Translations under genes and position numbers: made by a program
Notes under the pieces: model-generated
What the model was told of the DNA's origin: nothing
The model's input: only the letters and a program-made list of their open reading frames with translations
The model's database searches: none
Part shown: positions 1 to 12,464 of the stretch, piece after piece
Layout of the letters: every line of letters begins with the position of its first letter
Numbering within the stretch: the first letter of the stretch is position 1
Assembly (NCBI GenBank): GCA_964016885.1
Contig: OZ024757.1
Location: forward strand, 21,390,001 to 21,454,000
Direction: 5' to 3'
DNA length: 64,000 nucleotides
From: Eledone cirrhosa
Lineage: Eukaryota

Positions 1-42
1 ATCTTCAGTGTTGTGTAAATCTGTGCGTAAATCTGTAAGCGT

Positions 43-1046
43 GTGCATGTAAGTGTGTGTGTGTGTCTCAGTGTGTGTGTGTGTGTCAGTGTGTGTGTGT
101 CAGTATGTGTCAGTGTGTGTGTGTGTGTCAGTATATGTCAGTATGTGTCAGTGTGTGTGTCAGTATGTGTGGTCTGTGTGTGTGTCAGTATATGCCAGTA
201 TGTGTCAGTGTGTGTGTGTCAGTATGTGCCAGTGTGTGTCAGCATATGTCAGTATGTGTCAGTGTGTGTGTGTCAGTGTATGTCTCAGTATGTGCCAGTG
301 TGTGTGTCAGTATGTGTCAGTGTATGTGTGTCAGTATGTGTCAGTATGTGCCAGTTTGTCAGTGTGTGTGTGTCAGTATGTGCCAGTATGTGTCAGTGTG
401 TGTGTGCCAGTATGTGTTTGTCAGTGTGTGTCAGTGTGTATGTGCCAGTATGTGTCAGTGTGTGTGTGCCAGTATGTGTCAGTGTGTGTTTGTCAGTGTG
501 TGTGTCAGTATATGTCAGTATGTGTGTGTCAGTATGTGTCAGTGTGTGTGTGCATGCCAGTGTGTGTCAGTATGTGTCAGTGTGTGTGTGTGTGTGTCAG
601 TATGTGTCAGTGTGTGTGTGTGCCAGTATGTGCCAGTATGTGTCAGTATGTGTCAGTATGTGTGTCAGTATGTGTGTGCCAGTATGTATCAGTGTGTGTG
701 TGTGTGTGCCAGTATGTGTCAGTATGTGTCAGTGTGTGTGTGTGTGCCAGTATGTGCCAGTATGTGTCAGTATGTGTCAGTATATGTGTGCCAGTATGTG
801 TCAGTATGTATCAGTGTGTGTGTGTGTGTGCCAGTATGTGTCAGTATGTGTCAGTGTGTGCCAGTATGTGTCAGTATGTGCCATTATGTGTCAGTATATG
901 TCAGTATATGTGTGCCAGTATGTGTCAGTGTGTGTGTGTGCCAGTATGTGTCAGTGTGTGTGTGTGTGTGTGCCTGTGTGTGTGTGTGTGTGCCAGTATG
1001 TGCCAGTATGTGTCAGTGTGTGTGTGTGCCAGTATGTGTCAGTATG
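43..1046. repeat. Compound (GT)n microsatellite with CAGTATGTGT/CCAGT interruptions
   Basis: Direct reading; explains the spurious VCVS ORFs. Confidence 0.95.
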
Positions 1047-1194
1047 GGTGTCCTTCCATCAAGGCCCCGTCTCCAAGGTGCTATAAATCTGTGTCAACTC
1101 CACAAAAATCAGAAACAAAATTCCATTTGAAGAGAACAGAAATCATATTAACCAGACAGAATTTTAGATAGAGTCGATCAATGTCGGATAGATT

Positions 1195-4100
1195 GGGACA
1201 GGAATGCTGGGTCACCGTGCCATAGCTGTGGTCAACATATTGGGACAGTAGTGTTGGGTCATCGTGCCATAGCTGTGGTCAACATATTGGGACAGTAGTG
1301 TTGGGTCACAGGGACATAGCTGTGGTCAACATATTGGGACAGTAGTGTTGGGTCACCGTGACATAGCTGTGGTCAACATATTGGGACAGTAGTGTTGGGT
1401 CACCGTGCCATAGCTGTGGTCAACATATTGGGACAGTAGTGTTGGGTCATCGTGCCATAGCTGTGGTCAACATATTGGGACAGTAGTGTTGGGTCACAGG
1501 GACATAGCTGTGGTCAACATATTGGGACAGTAGTGTTGGGTCACAGGGACATAGCTGTGGTCAACATATTGGGACAGTAGTGTTGGGTCACCGTGCCATA
1601 GCTGTGGTCAACATATTGAGACAGTAGTGTTGGGTCACCGTGCCATAGCTGTGGTCAACATATTGGGACAGTAGTGTTGGGTCACCGTGCCATAGCTGTG
1701 GTCAACATATTGGGACAGTAGTGTTGGGTCACAGGGACATAGCTGTGGTCAACATATTGGGACAGTAGTGTTGGGTCACAGGGACATAGCTGTGGTCAAC
1801 ATATTGGGACAGTAGTGTTGGGTCACAGGGACATAGCTGTGGTCAACATATTGGAACAGTAGTGTTGGGTCATCGTGCCATAGCTGTGGTCAACATATTG
1901 GGACAGTAGTGTTGGGTCACAGGGACATAGCTGTGGTCAACATATTGAGTCAGGAATGTTGGGTCACAGTGACATAGCTGAGGTCAACAGATTGGGTCAG
2001 GAATGTTGGGTCACTGTGACATAGCTGAGGTCAACATACTGGAACTGTCATGTTGGGTCACATTGACATAGCTGCGGTCAACATACTGGGACAGTAGTGT
2101 TGGGTCACAGGGACATAGCTGTGGTCAACATATTGGGACAGTAGTGTTGGGTCACAGGGACATAGCTGAGGTCAACAGATTGGGTCAAGAATGTTGGGTC
2201 ACAGTGACATAGCTGTGGTCAACAGATTGGGACAGTAGTGTTGGGTCACATTGACTGTGGTCAACATATTGGGACAGTAGTGTTGGGTCACATTGACTGT
2301 GGTCAACATACTGGAACAGTAGTGTTGGGTCACATTGACTGTGGTCAACATACTGGGACAGCAGTGTTGGGTCACATTGACTGTGGTCAACATACTGGGA
2401 CAGCAGTGTTGGGGCACATTGACTGTGGTCAACATATTGGGACAGCAGTGTTGGGTCACATTGACTGTGGTCAACATACTGGGACAGTAGTGTTAGGTCA
2501 CATTGACTGTGGTCAACATACTGGGACAGCAGTGTTGGGTCACATTGACTGTGGTCAACATACTGGGACAGCAGTGTTGGGTCACATTGACTGCGGTCAA
2601 CATACTGGGACAGCAGTGTTGGGTCACATTGACTGTGGTCAACATATTGGGACAGCAGTGTTGGTCACATTGACTGTGGTCAACATACTGGGACAACAGT
2701 GTTGGGTTACATTGACTGTGGTCAACATATTGGGACAGTAGTGTTGGGTCACATTGACTGTGGTCAACATATTGGGACAGTAGTGTTGGGTCACATTGAC
2801 TGTGGTCAACATATTGGGACAGTAGTGTTGGGTCACATCAACTGTGGTCAACATATTGGGACAGCAGTGTTGGGTCACATTGACTGTGGTCAACATATTG
2901 GGACAGTAGTGTTGGGTCACATTGACTGTGGTCAACATATTGGGACAGCAGTGTTGGTTCACATTGACTGTGGTCAACATACTGGGAGCAGCAGTGTTGG
3001 GTCACATTGACTGTGGTCAACATATTGGGACAGTAGTGTTGGGTCACATTGACTGTGGTCAACATACTGGGACAGCAGTGTTGGGTCACATTGACTGTGG
3101 TCAACATATTGGGACAGTAGTGTTGGGTCACATTGACTGTGGTCAACATATTGGGACAGCAGTGTTGGTTCACATTGACTGTGGTCAACATACTGGGACA
3201 GCAGTGTTGGGTCACATTGACTGTGGTCAACATATTGGGACAGTAGTGTTGGGTCACATTGACTGTGGTCAACATACTGGGACAGCAGTGTTGGGTCACA
3301 TTGACTGTGGTCAACATATTGGGACAGTAGTGTTGGGTCACATTGACTGTGGTCAACATACTGGGACAGCAGTGTTGGGTCACATTGACTGTGGTCAACA
3401 TATTGGGACAGTAGTGTTGGGTCACATTGACTGTGGTCAACATACTGGGACAGCAGTGTTGGGTCACATTGACTGTGGTCAACATATTGGGACAGTAGTG
3501 TTGGGTCACATTGACTGTGGTCAACATATTGGGACAGCAGTGTTGGTTCACATTGACTGTGGTCAACATACTGGGACAGCAGTGTTGGGTCACATTGACT
3601 GTGGTCAACATATTGGGACAGTAGTGTTGGGTCACATTGACTGTGGTCAACATACTGGGACAGCAGTGTTGGGTCACATTGACTGTGGTCAACATATTGG
3701 GACAGTAGTGTTGGGTCACATTGACTGTGGTCAACATATTGGGACAGCAGTGTTGGGTCACATTGACTGTGGTCAACATATTGGGACAGTAGTGTTGGGT
3801 CACATTGACTGTGGTCAACATATTGGGACAGTAGTGTTGGGTCACATTGACTGTGGTCAACATACTGGGACAGCAGTGTTGGGTCACATTGACTGTGGTC
3901 AACATATTGGGACAGTAGTGTTGGGTCACATCGACTGTGGTCAACATACTGGGACAGCAGTGTTGGGTCACATTGACTGTGGTCAACATATTGGGACAGC
4001 AGTGCTGGGTCACATTGACTGTGGTCAACATATTGGGACAGTAGTGTTGGGTCACATTGACTGTGGTCAACATATTGGGACAGTAGTGTTGGGTCACATT

Positions 4101-4656
4101 GACTGTGGTCAACATATTGGGACAGCAGTGTTGGGTCACATTGACTGTGGTCAACATATTGGGTCACATTGACTGTGGTCAACATACTGGGACAACAGTG
4201 TTGGGTTACATTGACTGTGGTCAACATATTGGGACAGTAGTGTTGGGTCACATTGATTGTGGTCAACATACTGGGACAGTAGTGTTGGGTCACATTGATT
4301 GTGGTCAACATATTGGGACAGCAGTGTTGGGTCACATTGACTGTGGTCAACATACTGGGACAGCAGTGTTGGGTCACATTGACTGTGGTCAACATACTGG
4401 GACAACAGTGTTGGGTCACAATGACTGTGGTCAACATACTGGGACAGCAGTGTTGGGTCACATTGATTGTGGTCAACATACTGGGACAGTAGTGTTGGGT
4501 CACATTGACTGTGGTCAACATATTGGGACAGCAGTGTTGGGTCACAATGACTGGTCAACATACTGGGACAGCAGTGTTAGGTCACATTGACTGTGGTCAA
4601 CATACTGGGACAGCAGTGTTAGGTCACATTGACTGTGGTCAACATACTGGGACAGT
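1195..4656. repeat. Minisatellite array: 47-bp unit (to ~2230) switching to a related 42-bp unit (~57 copies)
   Basis: 47-mer TGGGACAGTAGTGTTGGGTCATCGTGCCATAGCTGTGGTCAACATAT; 42-mer TGGGACAGTAGTGTTGGGTCACATTGACTGTGGTCAACATAT; gives the 14-aa periodic ORFs. Confidence 0.95.
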
Positions 4657-5153
4657 AATGGTATGTGGTGGTATGAGGTAGTGTGTATGTGGTGGTATGA
4701 GCTAGTGTATGCGTGTATGTGGTGGTATGTGGTATGTATGTGTACGTGTGGATGCTGCATCTCTGAATTATAATGAAAGATTTTACTTCCCAGTGAGGTC
4801 CCAGGTCTGTACCCCCCCCCCCCCCCCCACCTCCTCTGTGACATTTTGAGCAAGTGTCACCATAGCAACCCAAGTCTTGTCATTGGTAGACAGAAACTGT
4901 TTGGAAGCCCATCAGTTACCCTATTCAAAGGGTTAGCCATGCTGAATCTCCCTGAGAATTATATTAAGGGTACACATGTTTGTGGAATACTCAGCCACTT
5001 ATACGAGATGGACTGTACCTGTAATTCAAAGAGTGACCACAGTACATAACAGGTACTTTATTCTATTGACTCTGTAAGGATAAAAAGCAAAGCTAACCTC
5101 GGTAGGATTTCATCTCATAATGTAAAGGGCCATAAATTAAGGTTTCTATTTAA

Positions 5154-5373
5154 CCCTTTAGCATTTAAACCGGCCAAAACCGTCCAGAATTCTCTACCCC
5201 TTTCTGTTGAAACTGGCTGTAACTGGTCGCTCATACTGATGTTAAGGTATTGTTCACAAAATAAATACTTTCAAAATTTCATAGATTCGATATTATGTGA
5301 GATAATTATGTAAGATAAAGCCTTTACTGTGGAATTACAATAATAAATATAGAGTAATGTAAATGATAAAGGG
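5154..5373. mobile_element. piggyBac-like MITE
   Basis: TTAA|CCCTTTAGCATTTA ... TAAATGATAAAGGG|TTAA: 14-bp TIR (13/14 match) with TTAA TSD. Confidence 0.75.
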
Positions 5374-5982
5374 TTAATATTAAAGGTTTTATTAAAATAA
5401 AGCCTTTACTGCGGAATTACAATAATAAATATAGAGTAATGTAAATGATAAAGGGTTAAATATTAAAGGTTTTATTAAAATAAAGCCTTTACTGCGGAAT
5501 TACAATAATAAATATAGAGTAATGTAAATGATAAAGGGTTAAATATTAAAGGTTTTATTAAAATAAAGCCTTTACTGCGGAATTACAATAATAAATATAG
5601 AGTAATGTAAATGATAAAGGGTTAAATATGAAGGGTTTTATTAAAATAAAGCCTTTACTGCGGAATTACAATAATAAATATAGAGTAATGTAAATGATAA
5701 AGGGTTAAATATTAAGGGTTTTATTAAAATAAAGCCTTTACTGCGGAATTACAATAATAAATATAGAGTAATGTAAATGATAAAGGGTTAAATATGAAGG
5801 GTTTTATTAAAATAAAGCCTTTACTGCGGAATTACAATAGTAAATATAGAGTAATGTAAACGATAAAGGGTTAATATTAAGGGTTTTATTAAAATAAAGC
5901 CTTTACTGCGGAATTACAATAGTAAATATAGAGTAATGTAAATGATAAAGGGTTAAATATTAAGGGTTTTATTAAAATATTA
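5317..5982. repeat. 83-bp tandem repeat (~8 copies) of the MITE right end plus flank
   Basis: Each unit contains AATGATAAAGGGTTAA. Confidence 0.9.
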
Positions 5983-6020
5983 AATAATGATTTCTAATAT
6001 AAGCACAGGGCCAGCAATTT

Positions 6021-6228
6021 GATTATATCAACCCACCATATATAACTGGTATTATATTATATCAACCCACCATATATAACTGGTATTATATTATATCAAC
6101 CCCACTATATATAACTGGTATTATATTATATCAACCCACCATATATAACTGGTATTATATTATATCAACCCCACTATATATAACTGGTATTATATTATAT
6201 CAACCCCACCATATATAACTGGTACTAT
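6021..6228. repeat. 34-36-bp tandem repeat (~6 copies) derived from a SINE segment
   Basis: Unit ATTATATCAACCCACCATATATAACTGGTATTAT follows GCACAGGGCCAGCAATTT, the minus-strand 3' end of the family C SINE. Confidence 0.8.
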
Positions 6229-6536
6229 ATATATAAACGTTGACCGTAGCCGTATTTGAACTATGAATCCCCAAAAATCTGAGGTTTAGACCCCTAATAT
6301 AACTGTGTTTCTGTGTGAGACAAGGTGGCAGTAAAGGTTCACACACACAAGAAAAACGTGTCCCTGTCTGTGTGTGTTTTGGGGTGTATGCAGTTGTATG
6401 TGTGTGAACATGTGTGTATGAATGTATATATGTATGTGTGTATGCATGAATCACATACACACAGGCTTACACACACACACACACACACCAAACACCTCCA
6501 CATTAACACGCAAACACACACAGACATACACACACA

Positions 6537-7405
6537 GTGGTAGTGGTGGTGGTAGTAGTGGAGGTGGTGGTGGTAGTAGTGGAGGTAGTGGTGGTAGTGG
6601 AGGTAGTGGTAGTAGTAGTGATGGTAGTAGTGGTAGTAGTAGTGATGGTAGTAGTGGAGGTGGTGGTAGTGGTAGTAGTAGTGGAGGTAGTGGTAGTAGT
6701 GGAGGTAGTGGTAGTAGTAGTGATGGTGATGGTAGTAGTGGAGGTGGTGGTAGTGGTAGTAGTAGTGGAAGTAGTGGTAGTAGTAGTGGTGGTAGTAGTA
6801 GTGGAGGTAGTGGTAGTAGTAGTGATGGTAGTAGTGGTAGTAGTAGTGATGGTAGTAGTGGAGGTGGTGGTAGTGGTAGTAGTAGTGATGGTAGTAGTGG
6901 TAGTAGTAGTGGAGGTAGTGGTGGTAGTGGTAGTAGTAGTGGAGGTAGTGGTAGAAGTAGTGATGGTAGTAGTGGTAGTAGTAGTGATGGTAGTAGTGGA
7001 GGTGGTGGTAGTAGTAGTGGAGGTAGTGGTAGTAGTAGTGATGGTAGTAGTGGTAGTAGTAGTGATGGTAGTACTGGTGGTAGTGGTAGTAGTAGTGGAG
7101 GTAGTGGTGGTAGTGGTAGTAGTAGTGATGGTAGTAGTGGTAGTAGTAGTGATGGTAGTAGTGGAGGTGGTGGTAGTGGTAGTAGTAGGAGGTAGTGGTG
7201 GTAGTAGTAGTAGTTGTAGTAGTAGTGATGGTAGTAGTGGAGGTAGTGGTAGTAGTGGTAGTAGTGGTAGTAGTAGTGATGGTAGTAGTGGTAGTAGTAG
7301 TGATGGTAGTAGTGGAGGTGGTGGTAGTGGTAGTAGTGGAGGTAGTAGTGGTAGTGGTGGTAGTAGTGGAGGTTGTGGTAGTAGTGGTAGTGGAGGTGGA
7401 GGAGG
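6537..7405. repeat. (GGT/AGT)n trinucleotide tract
   Basis: Direct reading. Confidence 0.95.
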
Positions 7406-7527
7406 TAAGTTCTGGTTCTTTTGTTCCAAGTAGGGAATGTGTTGCTCCGTGCTAATGTTATTTCACTGCTTCCTCACATGAAGAATTTTAATACAACTTA
7501 AAAGTTCCGGAGTATTCTCCCACCCCA

Positions 7528-7528
7528 C

Positions 7529-7560
<32 letters not shown>

Positions 7561-8430
7561 GACATACACACAGACATACACACACAGACATACCCACACA
7601 GACATACACACAGGCACACACAAACAGACAAACAGATATACACACAGACTCACAGACATACACACAGGCACACACAGACATACACACAGGCACACACAAA
7701 CAGACACACACAGACATGTATGTACACTCATACACACATACAGACACACACAAACAGACAAACAGACATACACACAGACACACAGACATACCCACACACA
7801 GACATACACACAGGCACACACAGACATACACACAGGCACACACAAACAGACAAACAGACATACACACAGGCATGTATGTACACTCATACACACATACAGA
7901 CACAGACACATACAAACAGACAAACAGACATACACACACACACATACAAACACACACAGACACAGATATACACACACATACAGACACAGACAAACACACA
8001 CACAGACACAGATATACACACACAAACACACACATAGACACAGATATACACACACATACAGACACACACAAAAACACGCAGACAGATATACACACACATA
8101 CAGACACATACAAACACACACATAGACAGACAGGCAGACATGTATGTACACACTCATACACACACACATAGACACATATATACACACACATACAGACACA
8201 CACAAACATATACATACCCAAACACACATACACACGCACAAAGAGATACACACACATAGACACACACATACAAACATACAAACATACAAACAAACAAACA
8301 AACAAACATACAAACAAACAAACAAACATACATACAGACACACACTGATAAACACATACAGACAAAGACATACACTCATACAGACACATACACACACAGA
8401 TATATATATATATACACATATACATACACA
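7528..8430. repeat. Compound (CA)n tract
   Basis: Direct reading. Confidence 0.95.
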
Positions 8431-8588
8431 TTGACCCTGGGCAGTTTCCCTCTATGTAATTCACAAGTCATTGGTCAACCTGAGGCTATGTCATACAGTG
8501 GCATTGAACCAAGAAACTTGTGCTTCTAAAACAAACTCCTTAACCACACAGCTACACATGCACTTTATATACATACATTCATTTAATT

Positions 8589-8920
8589 TCATTTCATTTT
8601 ACGTCCGCTTTTCCCTGCTTGCAAGGGAGGGACGGGAACTGGTTCTGGCTTGATTTCTACAGCTGGATGCCCTTCCTAACACCAACCTCATTTACAGTGA
8701 GTGCTGGGTGCTTTTTTGCCGTGGCACCTCCACGACCACTTTACAGTGGAATGATAGGGACCCCAGTCCTATCATCTCATTTCTACAGCTGAGTAAACTG
8801 GAGCAATGTGAAATAAAGTGTCTTGCTCAAGGAAACAACACATCACCCGGTCCGAGAATCGAACTCACAATTGAACTCGATTGCAAGGCCAATGCTCTAA
8901 CCACTAAGCCATGTGCCTCC
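8589..8920 (-). mobile_element. tRNA-derived SINE, family A (tRNA head, TTGAGCAAGACAC body, GGAAGGGCATCCAGC segment, RTE-type tail)
   Basis: A box TGGCTTAGTGG and B box GAGTTCGATTC on the minus strand; near-identical to copies at 27.7, 35.3, 45.8, 47.8, 50.6 and 54.9 kb. Confidence 0.9.
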
Positions 8921-9090
8921 ATATATATATATATTTATATATATTGTTATACTTTGGGAGGGTCATGTTGCCAATAAGAAACACACGCACCAGCTGCTTT
9001 CACTTCAATTTATTATAATAAATTTATAAATTTAGGAATTTATAAATTTCCGGTTGGTTGGTTCCACAACCAGATGATTGTTTATATATT

Positions 9091-9133
9091 GTCAAAGTTC
9101 TTTCGTCACACATTCTGTGACCTCTTCAGTGAC
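9091..9133 (-). ncRNA. Minimal type I hammerhead ribozyme motif (family H2) in a ~400-bp element bounded by TA tracts (8945-9340)
   Basis: Minus strand GTCA-CTGAAGA-G-GTCACA gaatg TGTGAC-GAAA-GAAC-TT-TGAC: stems I and II pair; second copy at 15251. Confidence 0.7.
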
Positions 9134-9482
9134 TGGGAATTCTTTTCCTTGTTCTTGCGCCTCTCCTTTGTTCTGTCCTATGCCATCTTGTTTTTGTGTG
9201 TGTCACAAAATAAATATAATTCAGCGAGAATCGTATTTCGGCTTGTAGAAAAAGCGAAACGAAATGCAAAATCATAGAAATGGTGGCAAGCGCTCAATAG
9301 TTAAAAAACTAGAGCTTAAACAATATGTTAAAATGCCATACATATATATATATATAACAAATTGCTCTACATGGCTGAATACATTAAATGTAATCGGACA
9401 TAGCTTAAAGAGGCTGTTTACATTAATTGCAAACAAATCGAATATTATTATTAATATTTGAAAAAATCAGATTACATATCTA

Positions 9483-9530
<48 letters not shown>

Positions 9531-9570
9531 TTCAAAATATTAATAAATGTAGACGTTCACGTAATCAAAA

Positions 9571-9640
9571 TATATTTTATTATATATATTTCGGAGGTAC
9601 TGTGCTGTTTTTTCAGTACGTCCTCATCAGATAAAATATA
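9571..9640 (-). ncRNA. Intact type I hammerhead ribozyme (family H1)
   Basis: Minus strand TATATTTTAT-CTGATGA-GGACGTACTG..CAGTACCTCC-GAAA-TATATATA-ATAAAATATA: 10-bp stem I, complete core, AUA cleavage triplet, palindromic stem III. Confidence 0.85.
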
Positions 9641-9708
9641 TAAATTGATGTATGACATACCTCAACTGTGCTGATGGTTCAATTCCAGTCTTGTCATACA
9701 TCAATTTA

Positions 9709-9770
9709 TATATTTTATCTGATGAGGACGTACTGAAAAAACAGCACAGTACCTCCGAAATATATATAAT
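9709..9770 (+). ncRNA. Hammerhead ribozyme H1 (inverted partner), disrupted just after the cleavage site by a SINE insertion
   Basis: Exact reverse complement of 9579-9640; the 3' strand of stem I is displaced to ~9899. Confidence 0.8.
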
Positions 9771-9885
9771 TGTTTCTACTTTAGGCACAAGGCCAGCAAT
9801 TACCCAGTGCATTACTGGTACTTTATTTTGTCGACCTCGTAAGGATGAAAGGCTAAGTCAACCTCGGCGGGATTTGAACTCAATA
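9769..9885 (-). mobile_element. 5'-truncated SINE, family C (GCCTTTCATCCTTACGGGGTCGATAAAATAAAGTACCAG central domain, Meta-SINE-like)
   Basis: Matches copies at 14.8-15.1, 27.5, 41.2-42.0 and 56.0 kb; flanked by an AATATATATAAT duplication. Confidence 0.85.
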
Positions 9886-10654
9886 TTTGAATATATATAA
9901 TAAAATATATTTTGATTACGTGAATGTCTACATTTATTAATATTTTGAATTAATATTAATAACTCCAGAAACCTCACTGTTGAGTGCTTCCAATCTATTG
10001 TAAAACTATATTCATTGATTAATCAATGAACCTTGTTTAACTTTTGGTTATATATATCAATGGTAGTTAAGCTTTTTGAATGTAAAATATGCAAGACACC
10101 TGTTCTATTTCTCTGACTAACGCTTTTTGCTTGTAAATGTCTTGCATAATTTGATATAAACTGACAAAATAATGATGATGTATATATTATATGTGGATGT
10201 GTGTGTGTATATATATATATATATTGTAGATTACATATTTAAGATATGTGTATGCGTATGTGTGTGCGTGTGTGACCTAACATATGTTAAAGTGCAAAGT
10301 ATTAGCAACAGCCCAATTTCTGTCAGCTATAAAAGACAGCTTAGATAAGAATCGTTCTATTATTCACAGAGTTCATCATAGTGTAATTATTGTAGAGAGA
10401 AGAAGAAGCGAAGAGTAGTAGTTGGGGGGGGGGTGACCAAGTGGTGGGAGGGGGCGGTGAAGCTGGAGTGATGTTGAATTAACAGTATACATAATTACAT
10501 AGTCAGGGTGGTGGTGGTGGTGGGAAGGGTAGGGTTTGGCGATTGACCTACCCCCCTTAGAACATTCAGAGAATAAAAAAAAAATAATAACATATATTAG
10601 AGGTTATCAGGTTCTTTAGTAATTTAAGAAATTATTATAATTCTGTCGGTGGTT

Positions 10655-10825
10655 AGGAGGGAATTGGCAGAGTCGTTAGAGCGTCACACAAAACATTTCA
10701 TGGTATTTGTTACAGCTCTTTATGTTCTGTGTTCAAATCCTGTTCAGATCAACTTTGCCTTTTACCCTTCAGGGGGTTGTTAAAATAAAGTACCAGTATT
10801 AAACTGGGGCTGATGTAATTGACTT
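10655..10825 (+). mobile_element. Diverged family C SINE
   Basis: A box TGGCAGAGTCGTT, B box GTTCAAATCC, central domain TTTGCCTTTTACCCTTC..AAAATAAAGTACCAG. Confidence 0.75.
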
Positions 10826-10934
10826 TCCCTTCTTCTGGGCCTATTTATTCCTGAGAGGGTTGTGAGGGCAGAGTCCACAAACACACCTCCCAGGAGGTCC
10901 TGTCAGAAGCAACCATCTTCAATTGATTCAATTG

Positions 10935-11010
10935 ATTCAAACAAGCTCATGGATGTTATCCAACCATCTTGCTCAAGGTCTACCCTATTGTTATCTTTCA
11001 CTATTTGGAT
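10935..11010 (-). mobile_element. Decayed RTE-clade LINE ORF2 C-terminal fragment
   Basis: Minus frame reads GRP*ARWLDNIHEL, matching the RTE GRPxxRWxD motif with a probable CGA>TGA change. Confidence 0.55.
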
Positions 11011-12452
11011 GTTCTCCTGTGCCTAGAGGACTGTTTAGTACCATCATATATACCATGGTATGTTCTCCTGTGTCTGGAGGACTGTTTAGTACCTTCATGT
11101 ACACCATGGTATGTTCTCCTGTGTCTAGAGGACTGTTTAGTACCATCATGTACACCATGGTATGTTCTCCTGTGTCTAGAGGACTGTTTAGTACCATCAT
11201 GTACACCATGGTATGTTCTCCTGTGTCTAGAGGACTGTTTAGTACCATCATGTACACCATGGTATGTTCTCCTGTGTCTGGAGGACTGTTTAGTACCATC
11301 ATGTACACCATGGTATGTTCTCCTGTGTCTAGAGGACTGTTTAGTACCATCATATACACCATGGTATGTTCTCCTGTGTCTAGAGGACTGTTTAGTACCA
11401 TCATATACACCATGGTATGTTCTCCTGTGTCTAGAGGACTGTTTAGTACCATCATATACACCATGGTATGTTCTCCTGTGACTGGAGGACTGTTTGGTAC
11501 CATCATATACACCATGGTATGTTCTCCTGTCTCTGGAGGACTGTTTAGTACCATCATGTACACCATGGTATGTTCTCTTGTGTCTAGAGGACTGTTTAGT
11601 ACCATCATGTACACCATGGTATGTTCTCCTGTGTCTAGAGGACTGTTTAGTACCTTCATGTACACCATGGTATGTTCTCCTGTGTCTAGAGGACTGTTTA
11701 GTACCATCATGTACACCATGGTATGTTCTCCTGTGTCTGGAGGACTGTTTAGTACCATCATGTACACCATGGTATGTTCTCTCGTGTCTAGAGGACTGTT
11801 TAGTACCATCATGTACACCATGGTATGTTCTCCTGTGTCTGGAGGACTGTTTAGTACCATCATGTACACCATGGTATGTTCTCCTGTGTCTGGAGGACTG
11901 TTTAGTACCATCATGTACACCATGGTATGTTCTCCTGTGTCTGGAGGACTGTTTAGTACCATCATGTACACCATGGTATGTTCTCCTGTGTCTAGAGGAC
12001 TGTTTAGTACCATCATGTACACCATGGTATGTTCTCCTGTGTCTGGAGGACTGTTTAGTACCATCATGTACACCATGGTATGTTCTCCTGTGTCTGGAGG
12101 ACTGTTTAGTACCATCATGTACACCATGGTATGTTCTCCTGTGTCTAGAGGACTGTTTAGTACCATCATGTACACCATGGTATGTTCTCTTGTGTCTAGA
12201 GGACTGTTTAGTACCATCATGTACACCATGGTATGTTCTCCTGTGTCTAGAGGACTGTTTAGTACCATCATGTACACCATGGTATGTTCTCCTGTGTCTG
12301 GAGGACTGTTTAGTACCATCATGTACACCATGGTATGTTCTCTTGTGTCTAGAGGACTGTTTAGTACCATCATGTACACCATGGTATGTTCTCCTGTGTC
12401 TAGAGGACTGTTTAGTACCATCATATACACCATGGTATGTTCTCCTGTGTCT
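11010..12452. repeat. 51-bp minisatellite (~28 copies)
   Basis: Unit ATGTTCTCCTGTGTCTAGAGGACTGTTTAGTACCATCATGTACACCATGGT. Confidence 0.95.
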
Positions 12453-12464
12453 GCAACCACTGCG

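Noticed and set aside
1195-4656. CRISPR-like regular repeats here and in the other arrays
   Set aside because: Contiguous tandem units without unique spacers, no cas genes, eukaryotic context.
6422-7410. Gly/Ser-rich exon ending near GAG|GTAAGT
   Set aside because: Pure trinucleotide repeat with no acceptor; the donor-like motif is probably chance.
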